This document shows positions 10,942-20,951 of a stretch of DNA of 64,000 bases, piece after piece. Both the position numbers and the translations under genes were made by a program. The notes beneath the pieces were generated by a model. The model was not told the DNA's origin and made no database searches. It saw nothing but the letters and a program-made list of their open reading frames with translations. The DNA is from Escherichia coli (lineage in GTDB: Bacteria; Pseudomonadota; Gammaproteobacteria; Enterobacterales; Enterobacteriaceae). Positions within the stretch are counted from its first letter, which is position 1, and each line of letters starts with the position of its first letter. The stretch lies in NCBI RefSeq assembly GCF_044324875.1, contig NZ_CP172185.1. The stretch is one strand, 5' to 3'.

Positions 10942-12228
10942 ATGGATGAATTCAAACCAGAAGACGAGCTGAAACCCGATCCCAGCGATCGTCGTACTGG
11001 TCGTTCTCGTCAATCTTCTGAACGTTCTGAGCGTACTGAACGTGGCGAACCGCAGATCAATTTTGATGATATTGAACTTGATGACACTGACGATCGCCGT
11101 CCGACTCGTGCGCAAAAAGAGCGCAATGAGGAACCGGAACTCGAAGAAGAAATTGACGAATCCGAAGATGAAACCGTGGATGAAGAGCGCGTAGAGCGTC
11201 GTCCGCGTAAGCGCAAAAAAGCAGCCAGTAAACCCGCTTCTCGTCAGTATATGATGATGGGCGTCGGCATTCTGGTTCTCCTGCTGTTGATTATCGGTAT
11301 CGGTTCTGCGCTAAAAGCCCCCTCGACCTCTTCCAGCGATCAAACCGCGTCTGGCGAGAAGAGTATTGATCTTGCTGGCAATGCGACCGATCAGGCGAAT
11401 GGCGTGCAGCCAGCACCGGGAACCACGTCTGCGGAAAATACTCAGCAGGATGTATCTCTGCCGCCGATCTCTTCTACGCCGACTCAAGGGCAAACCCCGG
11501 CGGCAACGGATGGTCAACAACGTGTTGAAGTGCAGGGTGACCTGAACAATGCGCTGACCCAGCCACAAAATCAGCAACAGTTGAACAATGTGGCGGTCAA
11601 TTCCACGTTGCCGACTGAACCCGCGACGGTCGCGCCTGTTCGCAATGGCAATGCATCGCGTGACACGGCGAAAACGCAAACCGCTGAACGTCCGGCCACC
11701 ACGCGTCCAGCTCGTCAGCAGGCGGTGATTGAACCGAAAAAACCGCAAGCAACCGTGAAAACGGAACCGAAGCCGGTAGCTCAGACGCCGAAGCGTATTG
11801 AACCAGCTGCTCCTGTGGCGAGCGCGAAGGCACCGGCTGCGACCTCTACGCCAGCACCAAAAGAGACCGCAACTACGGCTCCAGTACAGACGGCATCCCC
11901 GGCGCAAACCACGGCAACACCAGCCGCTGGAGGGAAGACCGCAGGTAATGTTGGTTCGTTGAAATCGGCACCGTCCAGCCATTACACTCTGCAGCTGAGC
12001 AGTTCCTCTAACTACGACAACCTGAACGGTTGGGCGAAGAAAGAGAATCTGAAAAACTACGTTGTCTATGAAACGACGCGTAATGGTCAGCCGTGGTATG
12101 TCCTGGTTTCTGGCGTGTACGCTTCGAAAGAAGAGGCGAAAAAAGCGGTATCTACATTGCCAGCAGATGTCCAGGCCAAAAACCCGTGGGCGAAACCGCT
12201 GCGTCAGGTACAGGCCGATCTGAAGTAA
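10942..12228 (+). CDS. damX: DamX cell-division protein (SPOR domain)
   Basis: 428-aa ORF; acidic N-terminus, one transmembrane helix, long Q/T/P/A-rich linker, C-terminal SPOR-like domain. Confidence 0.9.
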   Translation: MDEFKPEDELKPDPSDRRTGRSRQSSERSERTERGEPQINFDDIELDDTDDRRPTRAQKERNEEPELEEEIDESEDETVDEERVERRPRKRKKAASKPASRQYMMMGVGILVLLLLIIGIGSALKAPSTSSSDQTASGEKSIDLAGNATDQANGVQPAPGTTSAENTQQDVSLPPISSTPTQGQTPAATDGQQRVEVQGDLNNALTQPQNQQQLNNVAVNSTLPTEPATVAPVRNGNASRDTAKTQTAERPATTRPARQQAVIEPKKPQATVKTEPKPVAQTPKRIEPAAPVASAKAPAATSTPAPKETATTAPVQTASPAQTTATPAAGGKTAGNVGSLKSAPSSHYTLQLSSSSNYDNLNGWAKKENLKNYVVYETTRNGQPWYVLVSGVYASKEEAKKAVSTLPADVQAKNPWAKPLRQVQADLK

Positions 12229-12334
12229 TCAAGGTTATCTCCCGCAATGGTTTATCATCGCGGGAGTTGCCTGAAGCGCTGGATGCTGTCGGAGCTTTCT
12301 CCACAGCCGGAGAAGGTGTAATTAGTTAGTCAGC

Positions 12335-13171
12335 ATGAAGAAAAATCGCGCTTTTTTGAAGTGGGCAGGGGGCAAGTATCCCCTGCTTGATGATATTAAA
12401 CGGCATTTGCCCAAGGGCGAATGTCTGGTTGAGCCTTTTGTAGGTGCCGGGTCGGTGTTTCTCAACACCGACTTTTCTCGTTATATCCTTGCCGATATCA
12501 ATAGCGACCTGATCAGTCTCTATAACATTGTGAAGATGCGTACTGATGAGTACGTACAGGCCGCACGCGAGCTGTTTGTTCCCGAAACAAATTGCGCCGA
12601 GGTTTACTATCAGTTCCGCGAAGAGTTCAACAAAAGCCAGGATCCGTTCCGTCGGGCGGTACTGTTTTTATATTTGAACCGCTACGGTTACAACGGCCTG
12701 TGTCGTTACAATCTGCGCGGTGAGTTTAACGTGCCGTTTGGCCGCTACAAAAAACCCTATTTCCCGGAAGCAGAGTTGTATCACTTCGCTGAAAAAGCGC
12801 AGAATGCCTTTTTCTATTGTGAGTCTTACGCCGATAGCATGGCGCGCGCAGATGATGCATCCGTCGTCTATTGCGATCCGCCTTATGCGCCGCTGTCTGC
12901 GACTGCCAACTTTACGGCGTATCACACAAACAGTTTTACGCTTGAACAACAAGCGCATCTGGCGGAGATCGCCGAAGGTCTGGTTGATCGCCATATTCCA
13001 GTGCTGATCTCCAATCACGATACGATGTTAACGCGTGAGTGGTATCAGCGCGCAAAATTGCATGTCGTCAAAGTTCGACGCAGTATAAGCAGCAACGGCG
13101 GCACACGTAAAAAGGTGGACGAACTGCTGGCTTTGTACAAACCAGGAGTCGTTTCACCCGCGAAAAAATAA
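12335..13171 (+). CDS. dam: DNA adenine methyltransferase (GATC N6-adenine)
   Basis: 278-aa ORF with the DPPY catalytic motif (CDPPYAP) and AdoMet-binding N-terminus. Confidence 0.95.
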   Translation: MKKNRAFLKWAGGKYPLLDDIKRHLPKGECLVEPFVGAGSVFLNTDFSRYILADINSDLISLYNIVKMRTDEYVQAARELFVPETNCAEVYYQFREEFNKSQDPFRRAVLFLYLNRYGYNGLCRYNLRGEFNVPFGRYKKPYFPEAELYHFAEKAQNAFFYCESYADSMARADDASVVYCDPPYAPLSATANFTAYHTNSFTLEQQAHLAEIAEGLVDRHIPVLISNHDTMLTREWYQRAKLHVVKVRRSISSNGGTRKKVDELLALYKPGVVSPAKK

Positions 13172-13188
13172 TTCTCAAGGAGAAGCGG

Positions 13189-13866
13189 ATGAAACAGTAT
13201 TTGATTGCCCCCTCAATTCTGTCGGCTGATTTTGCCCGCCTGGGTGAAGATACCGCAAAAGCCCTGGCAGCTGGCGCTGATGTCGTGCATTTTGACGTCA
13301 TGGATAACCACTATGTTCCCAATCTGACGATTGGGCCAATGGTGCTGAAATCCTTGCGTAACTACGGCATTACCGCCCCTATCGACGTACACCTGATGGT
13401 GAAACCGGTCGATCGCATTGTGCCTGATTTCGCTGCCGCTGGTGCCAGCATCATTACCTTTCATCCAGAAGCCTCCGAGCATGTTGACCGCACGCTGCAA
13501 CTGATTAAAGAAAATGGCTGTAAAGCGGGTCTGGTATTTAACCCGGCGACACCTCTGAGCTATCTGGATTACGTGATGGACAAACTGGATGTGATCCTGC
13601 TGATGTCCGTCAACCCAGGTTTCGGCGGTCAGTCTTTCATTCCGCAAACACTGGATAAACTGCGCGAAGTACGTCGTCGTATCGACGAGTCTGGCTTTGA
13701 CATTCGTCTGGAAGTGGACGGTGGCGTGAAGGTGAACAACATTGGCGAAATCGCTGCGGCGGGCGCAGATATGTTCGTCGCCGGTTCGGCAATCTTCGAC
13801 CAGCCAGACTACAAAAAAGTCATTGATGAAATGCGCAGTGAACTGGCAAAGGTAAGTCATGAATAA
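13189..13866 (+). CDS. rpe: Ribulose-phosphate 3-epimerase
   Basis: 225-aa ORF, TIM-barrel epimerase; operon context. Confidence 0.93.
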   Translation: MKQYLIAPSILSADFARLGEDTAKALAAGADVVHFDVMDNHYVPNLTIGPMVLKSLRNYGITAPIDVHLMVKPVDRIVPDFAAAGASIITFHPEASEHVDRTLQLIKENGCKAGLVFNPATPLSYLDYVMDKLDVILLMSVNPGFGGQSFIPQTLDKLREVRRRIDESGFDIRLEVDGGVKVNNIGEIAAAGADMFVAGSAIFDQPDYKKVIDEMRSELAKVSHE

Positions 13867-14617
13867 GTTTGAAGATATTCGCGGCGTCGCTTTTGATCTC
13901 GATGGTACGCTGGTGGACAGTGCTCCTGGCTTGGCTACCGCAGTAGATATGGCGCTGTATGCGCTGGAGTTGCCCGTCGCAGGTGAAGAACGCGTTATAA
14001 CCTGGATTGGTAACGGCGCAGATGTTCTGATGGAGCGCGCATTGACCTGGGCGCGTCAGGAACGTGCGACTCTGCGTAAAACAATGGGTAAACCGCCCGT
14101 TGATGACGACATTCCGGCAGAAGAACAAGTACGTATTCTGCGTAAACTATTCGATCGCTACTATGGCGAGGTTGCCGAAGAGGGGACGTTTTTGTTCCCG
14201 CACGTTGCCGATACGCTGGGCGCATTGCAGGCTAAAGGCCTGCCGTTGGGCCTGGTCACCAACAAACCGACGCCGTTCGTCGCGCCGCTGCTGGAAGCCT
14301 TAGATATCGCTAAATACTTCAGCGTGGTGATTGGTGGTGATGATGTGCAAAACAAAAAACCGCATCCGGACCCGCTGTTACTGGTGGCTGAGCGGATGGG
14401 AATTGCTCCACAACAGATGCTGTTTGTTGGCGACTCACGCAATGATATTCAGGCAGCAAAAGCGGCAGGTTGCCCATCAGTTGGCTTAACCTACGGATAT
14501 AACTACGGCGAGGCTATCGATCTCAGCCAGCCTGATGTAATTTATCAGTCTATAAATGACCTTCTGCCCGCATTAGGGCTTCCGCATAGCGAAAATCAGG
14601 AATCGAAAAATGACTAA
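13859..14617 (+). CDS. gph: Phosphoglycolate phosphatase (HAD family)
   Basis: 252-aa ORF; HAD motif [11 protein letters not shown]; overlaps the rpe end by 8 nt. Confidence 0.9.
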   Translation: MNKFEDIRGVAFDLDGTLVDSAPGLATAVDMALYALELPVAGEERVITWIGNGADVLMERALTWARQERATLRKTMGKPPVDDDIPAEEQVRILRKLFDRYYGEVAEEGTFLFPHVADTLGALQAKGLPLGLVTNKPTPFVAPLLEALDIAKYFSVVIGGDDVQNKKPHPDPLLLVAERMGIAPQQMLFVGDSRNDIQAAKAAGCPSVGLTYGYNYGEAIDLSQPDVIYQSINDLLPALGLPHSENQESKND

Positions 14618-15614
14618 GCCCATCGTTTTTAGTGGCGCACAGCCCTCAGGTGAATTGACCATTGGTAACTACATGGGTGCGCTGCGTCAGTGGGTAAACA
14701 TGCAGGATGACTACCATTGCATTTACTGTATCGTTGACCAACACGCGATCACCGTGCGCCAGGATGCACAGAAGCTGCGTAAAGCGACGCTGGATACGCT
14801 GGCCTTGTATCTGGCTTGTGGTATCGATCCTGAGAAAAGCACCATTTTTGTTCAGTCCCACGTACCAGAACATGCGCAGTTAGGCTGGGCACTGAACTGC
14901 TATACCTACTTCGGCGAACTGAGCCGCATGACGCAGTTTAAAGATAAATCTGCGCGTTATGCCGAGAACATCAATGCTGGTCTGTTTGACTATCCGGTGC
15001 TGATGGCAGCGGACATCCTGCTGTATCAAACTAATCTGGTACCGGTGGGTGAAGACCAGAAACAGCACCTGGAACTGAGCCGCGATATCGCCCAGCGTTT
15101 TAACGCGCTGTATGGCGAGATCTTTAAAGTGCCGGAGCCGTTTATTCCGAAATCTGGCGCGCGCGTAATGTCGCTGCTGGAGCCGACCAAAAAGATGTCC
15201 AAGTCTGACGATAACCGCAATAACGTTATCGGCCTGCTGGAAGATCCGAAATCGGTGGTGAAGAAAATCAAACGCGCGGTCACCGACTCCGACGAGCCGC
15301 CGGTAGTTCGCTACGATGTGCAGAACAAAGCGGGCGTTTCCAACCTGCTGGATATCCTTTCTGCGGTAACGGGCCAGAGCATCCCGGAACTGGAAAAACA
15401 GTTCGAAGGCAAGATGTATGGTCATCTGAAAGGCGAAGTGGCTGATGCCGTTTCCGGTATGCTGACTGAATTGCAGGAACGCTATCACCGTTTCCGCAAT
15501 GACGAAGCCTTCCTGCAACAGGTGATGAAAGATGGCGCGGAAAAAGCCAGCGCACACGCTTCCCGTACGCTAAAAGCGGTGTACGAAGCGATTGGTTTTG
15601 TGGCGAAGCCGTAA
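14610..15614 (+). CDS. trpS: Tryptophanyl-tRNA synthetase
   Basis: 334-aa ORF; class I signature KMSKS present; overlaps the gph end. Confidence 0.95.
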   Translation: MTKPIVFSGAQPSGELTIGNYMGALRQWVNMQDDYHCIYCIVDQHAITVRQDAQKLRKATLDTLALYLACGIDPEKSTIFVQSHVPEHAQLGWALNCYTYFGELSRMTQFKDKSARYAENINAGLFDYPVLMAADILLYQTNLVPVGEDQKQHLELSRDIAQRFNALYGEIFKVPEPFIPKSGARVMSLLEPTKKMSKSDDNRNNVIGLLEDPKSVVKKIKRAVTDSDEPPVVRYDVQNKAGVSNLLDILSAVTGQSIPELEKQFEGKMYGHLKGEVADAVSGMLTELQERYHRFRNDEAFLQQVMKDGAEKASAHASRTLKAVYEAIGFVAKP

Positions 15615-15630
15615 TTTAACATTAATGCCA

Positions 15631-15656
15631 AAAACCGGGGAAACCCGGTTTTTTTA
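15631..15656 (+). terminator. Rho-independent terminator of the dam-trpS operon
   Basis: aaaaccgggg-aaa-cccggttttttt hairpin plus T-run directly after the trpS stop. Confidence 0.75.
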
Positions 15657-15725
15657 TCCTCTTTTTGTAATAATCCGAAAAAATGTGAAGCGCCTCGCCG
15701 TTTCCACATCTCGCAGTTGCCACTT

Positions 15726-15745
15726 ATCTTCATTTTTATGAAGAT
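15726..15745. promoter_or_regulatory. Perfect inverted repeat (atcttcat-tttt-atgaagat) 30 bp upstream of yhfZ; candidate operator
   Basis: Exact 8-bp inverted repeat with 4-bp spacer in an AT-rich promoter region; binding protein unknown. Confidence 0.3.
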
Positions 15746-15774
15746 ATAAATATTCATTTTATTGAAAATTTACT

Positions 15775-16680
15775 ATGCGTCGAACGTTTATCAAAAAAGA
15801 AGGCGTCGTCATCACGACACTGGCCCGTTATTTGTTGGGTGAAAAGTGCGGTAATCGACTGAAAACCATAGATGAGCTGGCAACTGAATGCCGTTCATCC
15901 GTTGGCCTGACGCAGGCCGCGTTGAAAACGCTGGAATCAAGCGGAGCGATACGGATTGAACGCCGTGGGCGCAATGGCAGTTATCTGGTCGAGATGGATA
16001 ACAAAGCATTGCTGACTCATGTGGATATCAACAACGTGGTATGTGCGATGCCCTTGCCCTATACCCGTTTGTACGAAGGCCTGGCGAGCGGATTGAAAGC
16101 CCAGTTCGATGGCATTCCTTTTTACTATGCGCATATGCGCGGCGCGGATATTCGCGTGGAGTGTTTACTTAACGGCGTGTATGACATGGCGGTTGTTTCC
16201 CGACTGGCGGCGGAAAGTTATCTCACGCAAAAAGGCTTATGCCTCGCGCTGGAGTTGGGGCCGCACACCTACGTTGGCGAGCACCAGTTGATTTGCCGTA
16301 AAGGCGAGTCCGCAAACGTGAAGCGCGTGGGGCTGGATAACCGTTCGGCGGATCAGAAAATCATGACCGATGTCTTTTTTGGCGATAGTGATGTGGAACG
16401 TGTCGATCTCTCTTATCACGAGAGTTTACAACGCATTGTTAAAGGCGATGTTGATGCGGTGATCTGGAACGTGGTGGCGGAAAACGAACTGACCATGCTG
16501 GGATTAGAAGCGACGCCGCTCACAGACGATCCGCGATTTTTACAGGCCACCGAAGCCGTGATCCTGACGCGAGTCGATGATTACCCAATGCAACAATTGC
16601 TGCGTGCAGTTGTTGATAAACAGGCCCTGCTTGCCCATCAACAACGAGTGGTCAGTGGGGAACAGGAACCCAGTTATTAA
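15775..16680 (+). CDS. yhfZ: YhfZ, uncharacterised protein (putative regulator) heading the yhf cluster
   Basis: 301-aa ORF; conserved position after trpS. Confidence 0.8.
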   Translation: MRRTFIKKEGVVITTLARYLLGEKCGNRLKTIDELATECRSSVGLTQAALKTLESSGAIRIERRGRNGSYLVEMDNKALLTHVDINNVVCAMPLPYTRLYEGLASGLKAQFDGIPFYYAHMRGADIRVECLLNGVYDMAVVSRLAAESYLTQKGLCLALELGPHTYVGEHQLICRKGESANVKRVGLDNRSADQKIMTDVFFGDSDVERVDLSYHESLQRIVKGDVDAVIWNVVAENELTMLGLEATPLTDDPRFLQATEAVILTRVDDYPMQQLLRAVVDKQALLAHQQRVVSGEQEPSY

Positions 16681-16696
16681 ACGAAAGGCATCTGAA

Positions 16697-16807
16697 ATGG
16701 AAACCAGACTCAACCTGCTTTGCGATGCAGGCGTTATTGATAAGGACATCTGCAAAGGCATGATGCAGGTCGTCAACGTACTGGAAACTGAGTGTCATCT
16801 ACCGGTG
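16697..16807 (+). pseudogene. yhfY: yhfY (PRD-domain protein) 5' fragment, codons 1-37, interrupted by the IS insertion
   Basis: ATG at 16697 gives METRLNLLCDAGVIDKDICKGMMQVVNVLETECHLPV, then the frame runs into IS sequence at 16808. Confidence 0.75.
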
Positions 16808-16906
16808 TGCGTATTCCGCTCTATTCGATCACGGATTGGCATCGAAGTCCGATCAGCGATTCGCATCCATTCGATCAACCGGGAACTTAACTTTTTCTAC
16901 CGCTTT

Positions 16907-17662
16907 TTAACGCGTTTTTTCGCTGCTTTCCACTACCGGGGGATTTTTCCTCAGTGACTCTCCCTGAAGGACCACTCGGTGTGAGTTATGTACCAGTCTG
17001 TCCAGGATGGCATCTGCTGTTGTTGGGTTCTCCATCAGACCATGCCATTTATCTACCGGGAACTGGCTTACCACTATCGTGCTGCTTTGTCCGTAACGAT
17101 CCTCTATGAGCTCCAGAAGGTCATTACACTGGGCGTTACTTAACTGTTCCAGCCCCAGATCGTCCAGGATTAGAACCTGTATTTTTTGCAACTGTTTCAG
17201 ATATTTCAGCCAGCTGCCATCAACACGTCCCTGAGCCAGTTGTTCCAGTAATCGCCCGGTTCTACAGTACCGGACGCTGTGTTTCTGTCGACATGCCTGT
17301 TCGCCCAGCGCATTGGCTATCCAGCTCTTGCCACATCCTGTCGGACCGGTTATCAGCAGGTTTTTCCTGTGGGTTATGTAGTGGCCGTTCAGCAGTTCTC
17401 TCATCTGTTCAGCCCGCAGACCTCTTGAGGCCGGATAGCGCAGCCCTTCCGGTGTTGCCTGGTATTTCAGGCCGGCATTTTTTCTCAACCGTGCCACACG
17501 GCTGTTTTCCCTGCTCAGAAGCTCGTCATCAACCAGCAGCGTCAGCCTTTCCTCGAACGACAGTTCGTCGTAGGTCTGAGGCGTTTCCCGCTGCCGTATC
17601 AGGCTCCCGGCCATCGCCGGGAGTTTCAGTTGGGTCAGTTTGTTTAACAGGTTATCACTCAT
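16907..17662 (-). CDS. istB: IstB helper ATPase (AAA+, DnaC-like) of the IS21-family element
   Basis: Track ORF is extended; likely start ATG at 17662 (MSDNLLNKL...); Walker A GPTGCGKSW and Walker B LILDDLG. Confidence 0.85.
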   Translation of the reverse strand: MSDNLLNKLTQLKLPAMAGSLIRQRETPQTYDELSFEERLTLLVDDELLSRENSRVARLRKNAGLKYQATPEGLRYPASRGLRAEQMRELLNGHYITHRKNLLITGPTGCGKSWIANALGEQACRQKHSVRYCRTGRLLEQLAQGRVDGSWLKYLKQLQKIQVLILDDLGLEQLSNAQCNDLLELIEDRYGQSSTIVVSQFPVDKWHGLMENPTTADAILDRLVHNSHRVVLQGESLRKNPPVVESSEKTR

Positions 17663-17678
17663 ACTGTTGTTCCTTCTG

Positions 17679-19214
17679 TCAGTGGTAGTAGCCCGGACCA
17701 CGCAGGTTTTCATGCTCTGAAGCATATGCCGGATGTTGTTCGCCCTGGCGGGATAATGGAAGCTCCAGGTTCTCCCGATGGTGACGCAGCAGATTGTCGA
17801 TAAAGCGTCTGTCAGGGGCGTTATAGTGCAGGGCAACGTAACAGGCCTTTTCCAGCCGTTCCGGGCCGTATTTTTTCTGAAGTGCCAGCAGCCCCAGAAC
17901 TGCACGATAAGCCAGTTCCGGATGGGGTTTTGCCTTCAGCATGGATTCAACCACCCGGCCTGTGGACGGGCCCGTACGTTTTCCCTGCTCGATCAGGCGT
18001 TCCGGTGTCCATGTCCCGTGCTGCCGGTGGCGCTCTGGCATGTGAAGCGGATTGGTTGTGTGTTTATATTCATGTGTGCTGCGCGGATGTTGCGCCACAC
18101 ACTGCCCCTTGTGCCAGAGCTGTACCACCGACTGCCCCGCCTTCAGTGACAGACGCTGACCGACCAGTTCGTGTGGAACGGAGTACCAGTGACGGGCATA
18201 TTCAACGTGGTAGTCAGGGCCAACCTTCACAGCTTTGTATTCCGTGTATTCATAAGGTGCCAGAGGCAGCGGAGAGAGTGCTGGCGCATCCAGTATGCGG
18301 AAGCGTTCTGCACGGGTTTGATTGCCGTACCCCTTCATTGGCCGGTTATTCATGTCTGTCAGTAACTCCCTAAGGCGCGCATTCAGCGCCCTGAGCGTGT
18401 GGAAGGTTTCATTACGGATGCGGGCAAGAAGCCATCGTTCAACGATGAGGACGCCGTTTTCTGCTTTTGGTTTATCTTTAGGTTTGCGTGGTCGGGCCGG
18501 GATGATAACCGTGCCATAGTGCTCAGCCAGTGCCTGATAACTGTCGTTGATGACAGGCTCATATCGATCGGCCTTTTTCACTGCGCTTCTGAGGTTATCG
18601 GGGATGAGCAGCTTCGGTACGCCGCCCAGGAAGGTCAGGCAACGGCTGTGGGCATTTAACCATGACATCATGTCCTGACCTTCGCACGCTTCAACGTAGG
18701 TATAGTTGGACGCCCCCATTACGGCCACGAAGATTGCCACGCGGCGTATCTCACCGGTGTCCGGATTAATAACAGGAACCGTAGGACCACAGAAGTCGAT
18801 AAAAAGCTTTTCGCCGGCACGATGCTCCTGGCGCATGGAGAGACGTCGCGTTTTTTTCCACTCCCGGTAGCAACGGCAGAAGTGCGAGTATCCCATCGCT
18901 TTGTTACCCGCCTGTGCCTTGTATTCCATCCACAACAGTTGCCGCGTCACACCTGGTTTTCTCATTTCCGTATCGAAGTACAACATGTCAGGCATTACAA
19001 GCTCTGATGCAAAGGTGTCTTTGGGCGGAAAAATGAGTTTCTCCAGCGTGTCATGGGATATATCAGCAGGTAATGGCCATGACAGAGAAGAGGCTTTGAA
19101 GCGGGCAAGAACCTCAAAAACGGTTGAGGCGCTGATGTGTAACGTCAGTCCGATACAACGGTTAGTCAGCTTCTTGTCGAACTTGAGCTGAAGGATCTTA
19201 AAACAGGTTTCCAT
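17679..19214 (-). CDS. istA: IstA transposase (DDE integrase core with N-terminal HTH) of the IS21-family element
   Basis: Track ORF 17679-19325; likely start ATG at 19214 (METCFKILQL...); stop is 16 nt upstream of istB. Confidence 0.85.
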   Translation of the reverse strand: METCFKILQLKFDKKLTNRCIGLTLHISASTVFEVLARFKASSLSWPLPADISHDTLEKLIFPPKDTFASELVMPDMLYFDTEMRKPGVTRQLLWMEYKAQAGNKAMGYSHFCRCYREWKKTRRLSMRQEHRAGEKLFIDFCGPTVPVINPDTGEIRRVAIFVAVMGASNYTYVEACEGQDMMSWLNAHSRCLTFLGGVPKLLIPDNLRSAVKKADRYEPVINDSYQALAEHYGTVIIPARPRKPKDKPKAENGVLIVERWLLARIRNETFHTLRALNARLRELLTDMNNRPMKGYGNQTRAERFRILDAPALSPLPLAPYEYTEYKAVKVGPDYHVEYARHWYSVPHELVGQRLSLKAGQSVVQLWHKGQCVAQHPRSTHEYKHTTNPLHMPERHRQHGTWTPERLIEQGKRTGPSTGRVVESMLKAKPHPELAYRAVLGLLALQKKYGPERLEKACYVALHYNAPDRRFIDNLLRHHRENLELPLSRQGEQHPAYASEHENLRGPGYYH

Positions 19215-19318
19215 AGTGCTCCTGGATTTTCTCTTTCTGGACATTGACGTCTCCACTGGTTTAAACACGGCAATGGAGACTGTGGTGAAAAGAGTTAATT
19301 CCCGGAGTGACTGGCAGG

Positions 19319-19440
19319 ATGCCAATCAATGATCGGAAGCATGCCAAATCGTGATCGATTGTGATGCCAAACTGTGATCGGAGATGGATGCCAAATCATG
19401 ATCGATTCGAATGCCAAACTGCGATCGATTCAGATGCCAT
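19319..19440. repeat. Six tandem direct repeats (period 22-24 bp, core ATGCCAAA..GATCG) at the istA-proximal IS end
   Basis: Copies start at 19319, 19341, 19364, 19388, 19411 and 19434; inverted copies of the motif occur at the other end (16825-16880). Typical of the multi-repeat termini of IS21-family elements. Confidence 0.7.
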
Positions 19441-19446
19441 TTTGCA

Positions 19447-19704
19447 CCGGTGCGCAGCGAGCAAGGAATGATGGCGATGACACATATGGCGAGCGCACTG
19501 ATGCGCAGTCGCCGTGGTGAAGAAATAGAGCCGCTGGACGCCGAATTGCTGGCAGAACTGGCGCAATCCAGCCACTGGCAAGCCGTTGTGCAATTGCATC
19601 AGGTATTGTTGAAGGAATTTGCACTGGAAGTTAACTCGTGTGAAGAAGGCTATTTGCTGGCCAACCTTTATGGATTATGGATGGCCGCGAACGAAGAGGC
19701 CTGA
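19447..19704 (+). pseudogene. yhfY: yhfY 3' fragment (duplicated codons 36-37 then codons 38-120), downstream of the IS
   Basis: Frame PVRSEQGMMAMTHMASALMRSRRGEEIEPLD...ANEEA continues the N-terminal fragment once the IS and one duplication copy are removed. Confidence 0.75.
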
Positions 19705-19787
19705 AGCTCACTACAAATCCACGTCGCATATCTTAAATATTCAAAAAAATGAATATTTGATTCAAGGAACAGAAACGAGGCAACAAG

Positions 19788-20951
19788 ATGTTTGTAGAAG
19801 CATTGAAACGCCAGAACCCGGCGCTGATTTCCGCCGCACTAAACCTGTGGCAAAAGGGCAAGATCGCCCCGGACAGCTGGGTGATCGACGTGGATCAGAT
19901 ACTGGAAAACGGTAAGCGGCTGATTGAGACGGCGCGGCTTTACGGCATTGAACTGTATCTGATGACCAAGCAGTTTGGTCGTAATCCGTGGCTGGCGGAA
20001 AAATTGCTGGCATTAGGCTACAGCGGCATTGTGGCGGTGGATTACAAAGAGGCGCGAGTCATGCGCCGCGCCGGTTTGCCGGTGGCGCATCAGGGGCATC
20101 TGGTACAAATCCCTTGTCATCAGGTTGCTGACGCCGTTGCACAGGGAACCGACGTCATCACCGTGTTTACCCTTGCCAAAGCGCGGGAAGTGTCTGCGGC
20201 AGCGGTGAAAGCGGGGCGGGTCCAGTCTGTGCTGCTCAAAGTTTATAGCGACGATGATTTTCTTTATCCGGGGCAGGAGAGCGGTTTTGCGCGACATTCG
20301 TTGCAGGAAATTGTCGCTGAAATCCAAAAATTGCCAGGACTCCATTTAGCGGGGCTAACTCATTTCCCTTGCCTGCTTTGGGATGAGGCTGCCGGGAAAG
20401 TTTTGCCGACACCGAATCTTCACACGCTGATACAGGCACGGGAGCAACTGGCGAAATCTGGTATTGCGATTGAGCAACTGAACGCACCTTCTGCGACCAG
20501 CTGCACTTCGCTGCCATTGCTGGCGGAATACGGTGTGACTCATGCCGAACCCGGTCATGCGCTGATGGGCACTATTCCGGCAAACCAGCAGGGCGATCAG
20601 CCTGAACGTATCGCGATGCTCTGGTTAAGTGAAATCTCCCATCATTTCCGTGGCGACAGCTACTGCTACGGCGGCGGTTACTACCGTCGTGGTCATGCGC
20701 AACATGCGCTGGTGTTTACGCCAGAAAATCAAAAGATTACTGAAACCAATCTCAAAACTGTGGATGACAGCAGTATCGACTACACCCTGCCGCTGGCAGG
20801 CGAGTTTCCGGTAAGCAGTGCAGTAGTGCTCTGTTTTCGCACGCAGATTTTTGTCACCCGTAGCGATGTGGTGCTGGTGTCTGGTATTCATCGTGGCGAA
20901 CCGGAAATCGTCGGTCGTTATGACAGCCTCGGCAACCCTCTGGAGGCGTAA
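19788..20951 (+). CDS. yhfX: YhfX, PLP-dependent alanine-racemase-fold protein
   Basis: 387-aa ORF; family assignment from recall of the K-12 cluster. Confidence 0.85.
   Translation: MFVEALKRQNPALISAALNLWQKGKIAPDSWVIDVDQILENGKRLIETARLYGIELYLMTKQFGRNPWLAEKLLALGYSGIVAVDYKEARVMRRAGLPVAHQGHLVQIPCHQVADAVAQGTDVITVFTLAKAREVSAAAVKAGRVQSVLLKVYSDDDFLYPGQESGFARHSLQEIVAEIQKLPGLHLAGLTHFPCLLWDEAAGKVLPTPNLHTLIQAREQLAKSGIAIEQLNAPSATSCTSLPLLAEYGVTHAEPGHALMGTIPANQQGDQPERIAMLWLSEISHHFRGDSYCYGGGYYRRGHAQHALVFTPENQKITETNLKTVDDSSIDYTLPLAGEFPVSSAVVLCFRTQIFVTRSDVVLVSGIHRGEPEIVGRYDSLGNPLEA

Larger units (their letters stand above)
16808..19445 (-). mobile_element. IS21-family insertion sequence (istA-istB), about 2.64 kb, flanked by a 7-bp direct duplication accggtg
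   Basis: Two co-oriented ORFs (DDE transposase IstA, AAA+ helper IstB); multi-copy repeats at both ends; accggtg at 16801-16807 and again at 19446-19452; excising 16808-19452 restores a continuous 120-codon yhfY frame. Boundaries within about 2 bp. Confidence 0.85.

Noticed and set aside
11311-11982. 223-aa Arg/Cys/Trp-rich ORF antisense to damX
   Set aside because: Antisense frame of the repetitive Q/T/P/A-rich damX linker; composition is implausible for a real protein.
10942-12228. Low-complexity Q/T/P/A-rich damX as a possible repeat protein or foreign insert
   Set aside because: This is the known architecture of DamX (disordered linker plus SPOR domain), in its conserved position between aroB and dam.
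14880-15557. 225-aa minus-strand ORF inside trpS
   Set aside because: Antisense to a recognisable trpS with class I synthetase motifs; no independent support.
19319-19445. Regularly spaced short repeats that could be mistaken for a CRISPR array
   Set aside because: The repeat unit plus spacing is only 22-24 bp, the copies are imperfect, no cas genes are nearby, and the repeats sit between istA and the IS end, where IS21-family elements carry transposase-binding repeats.
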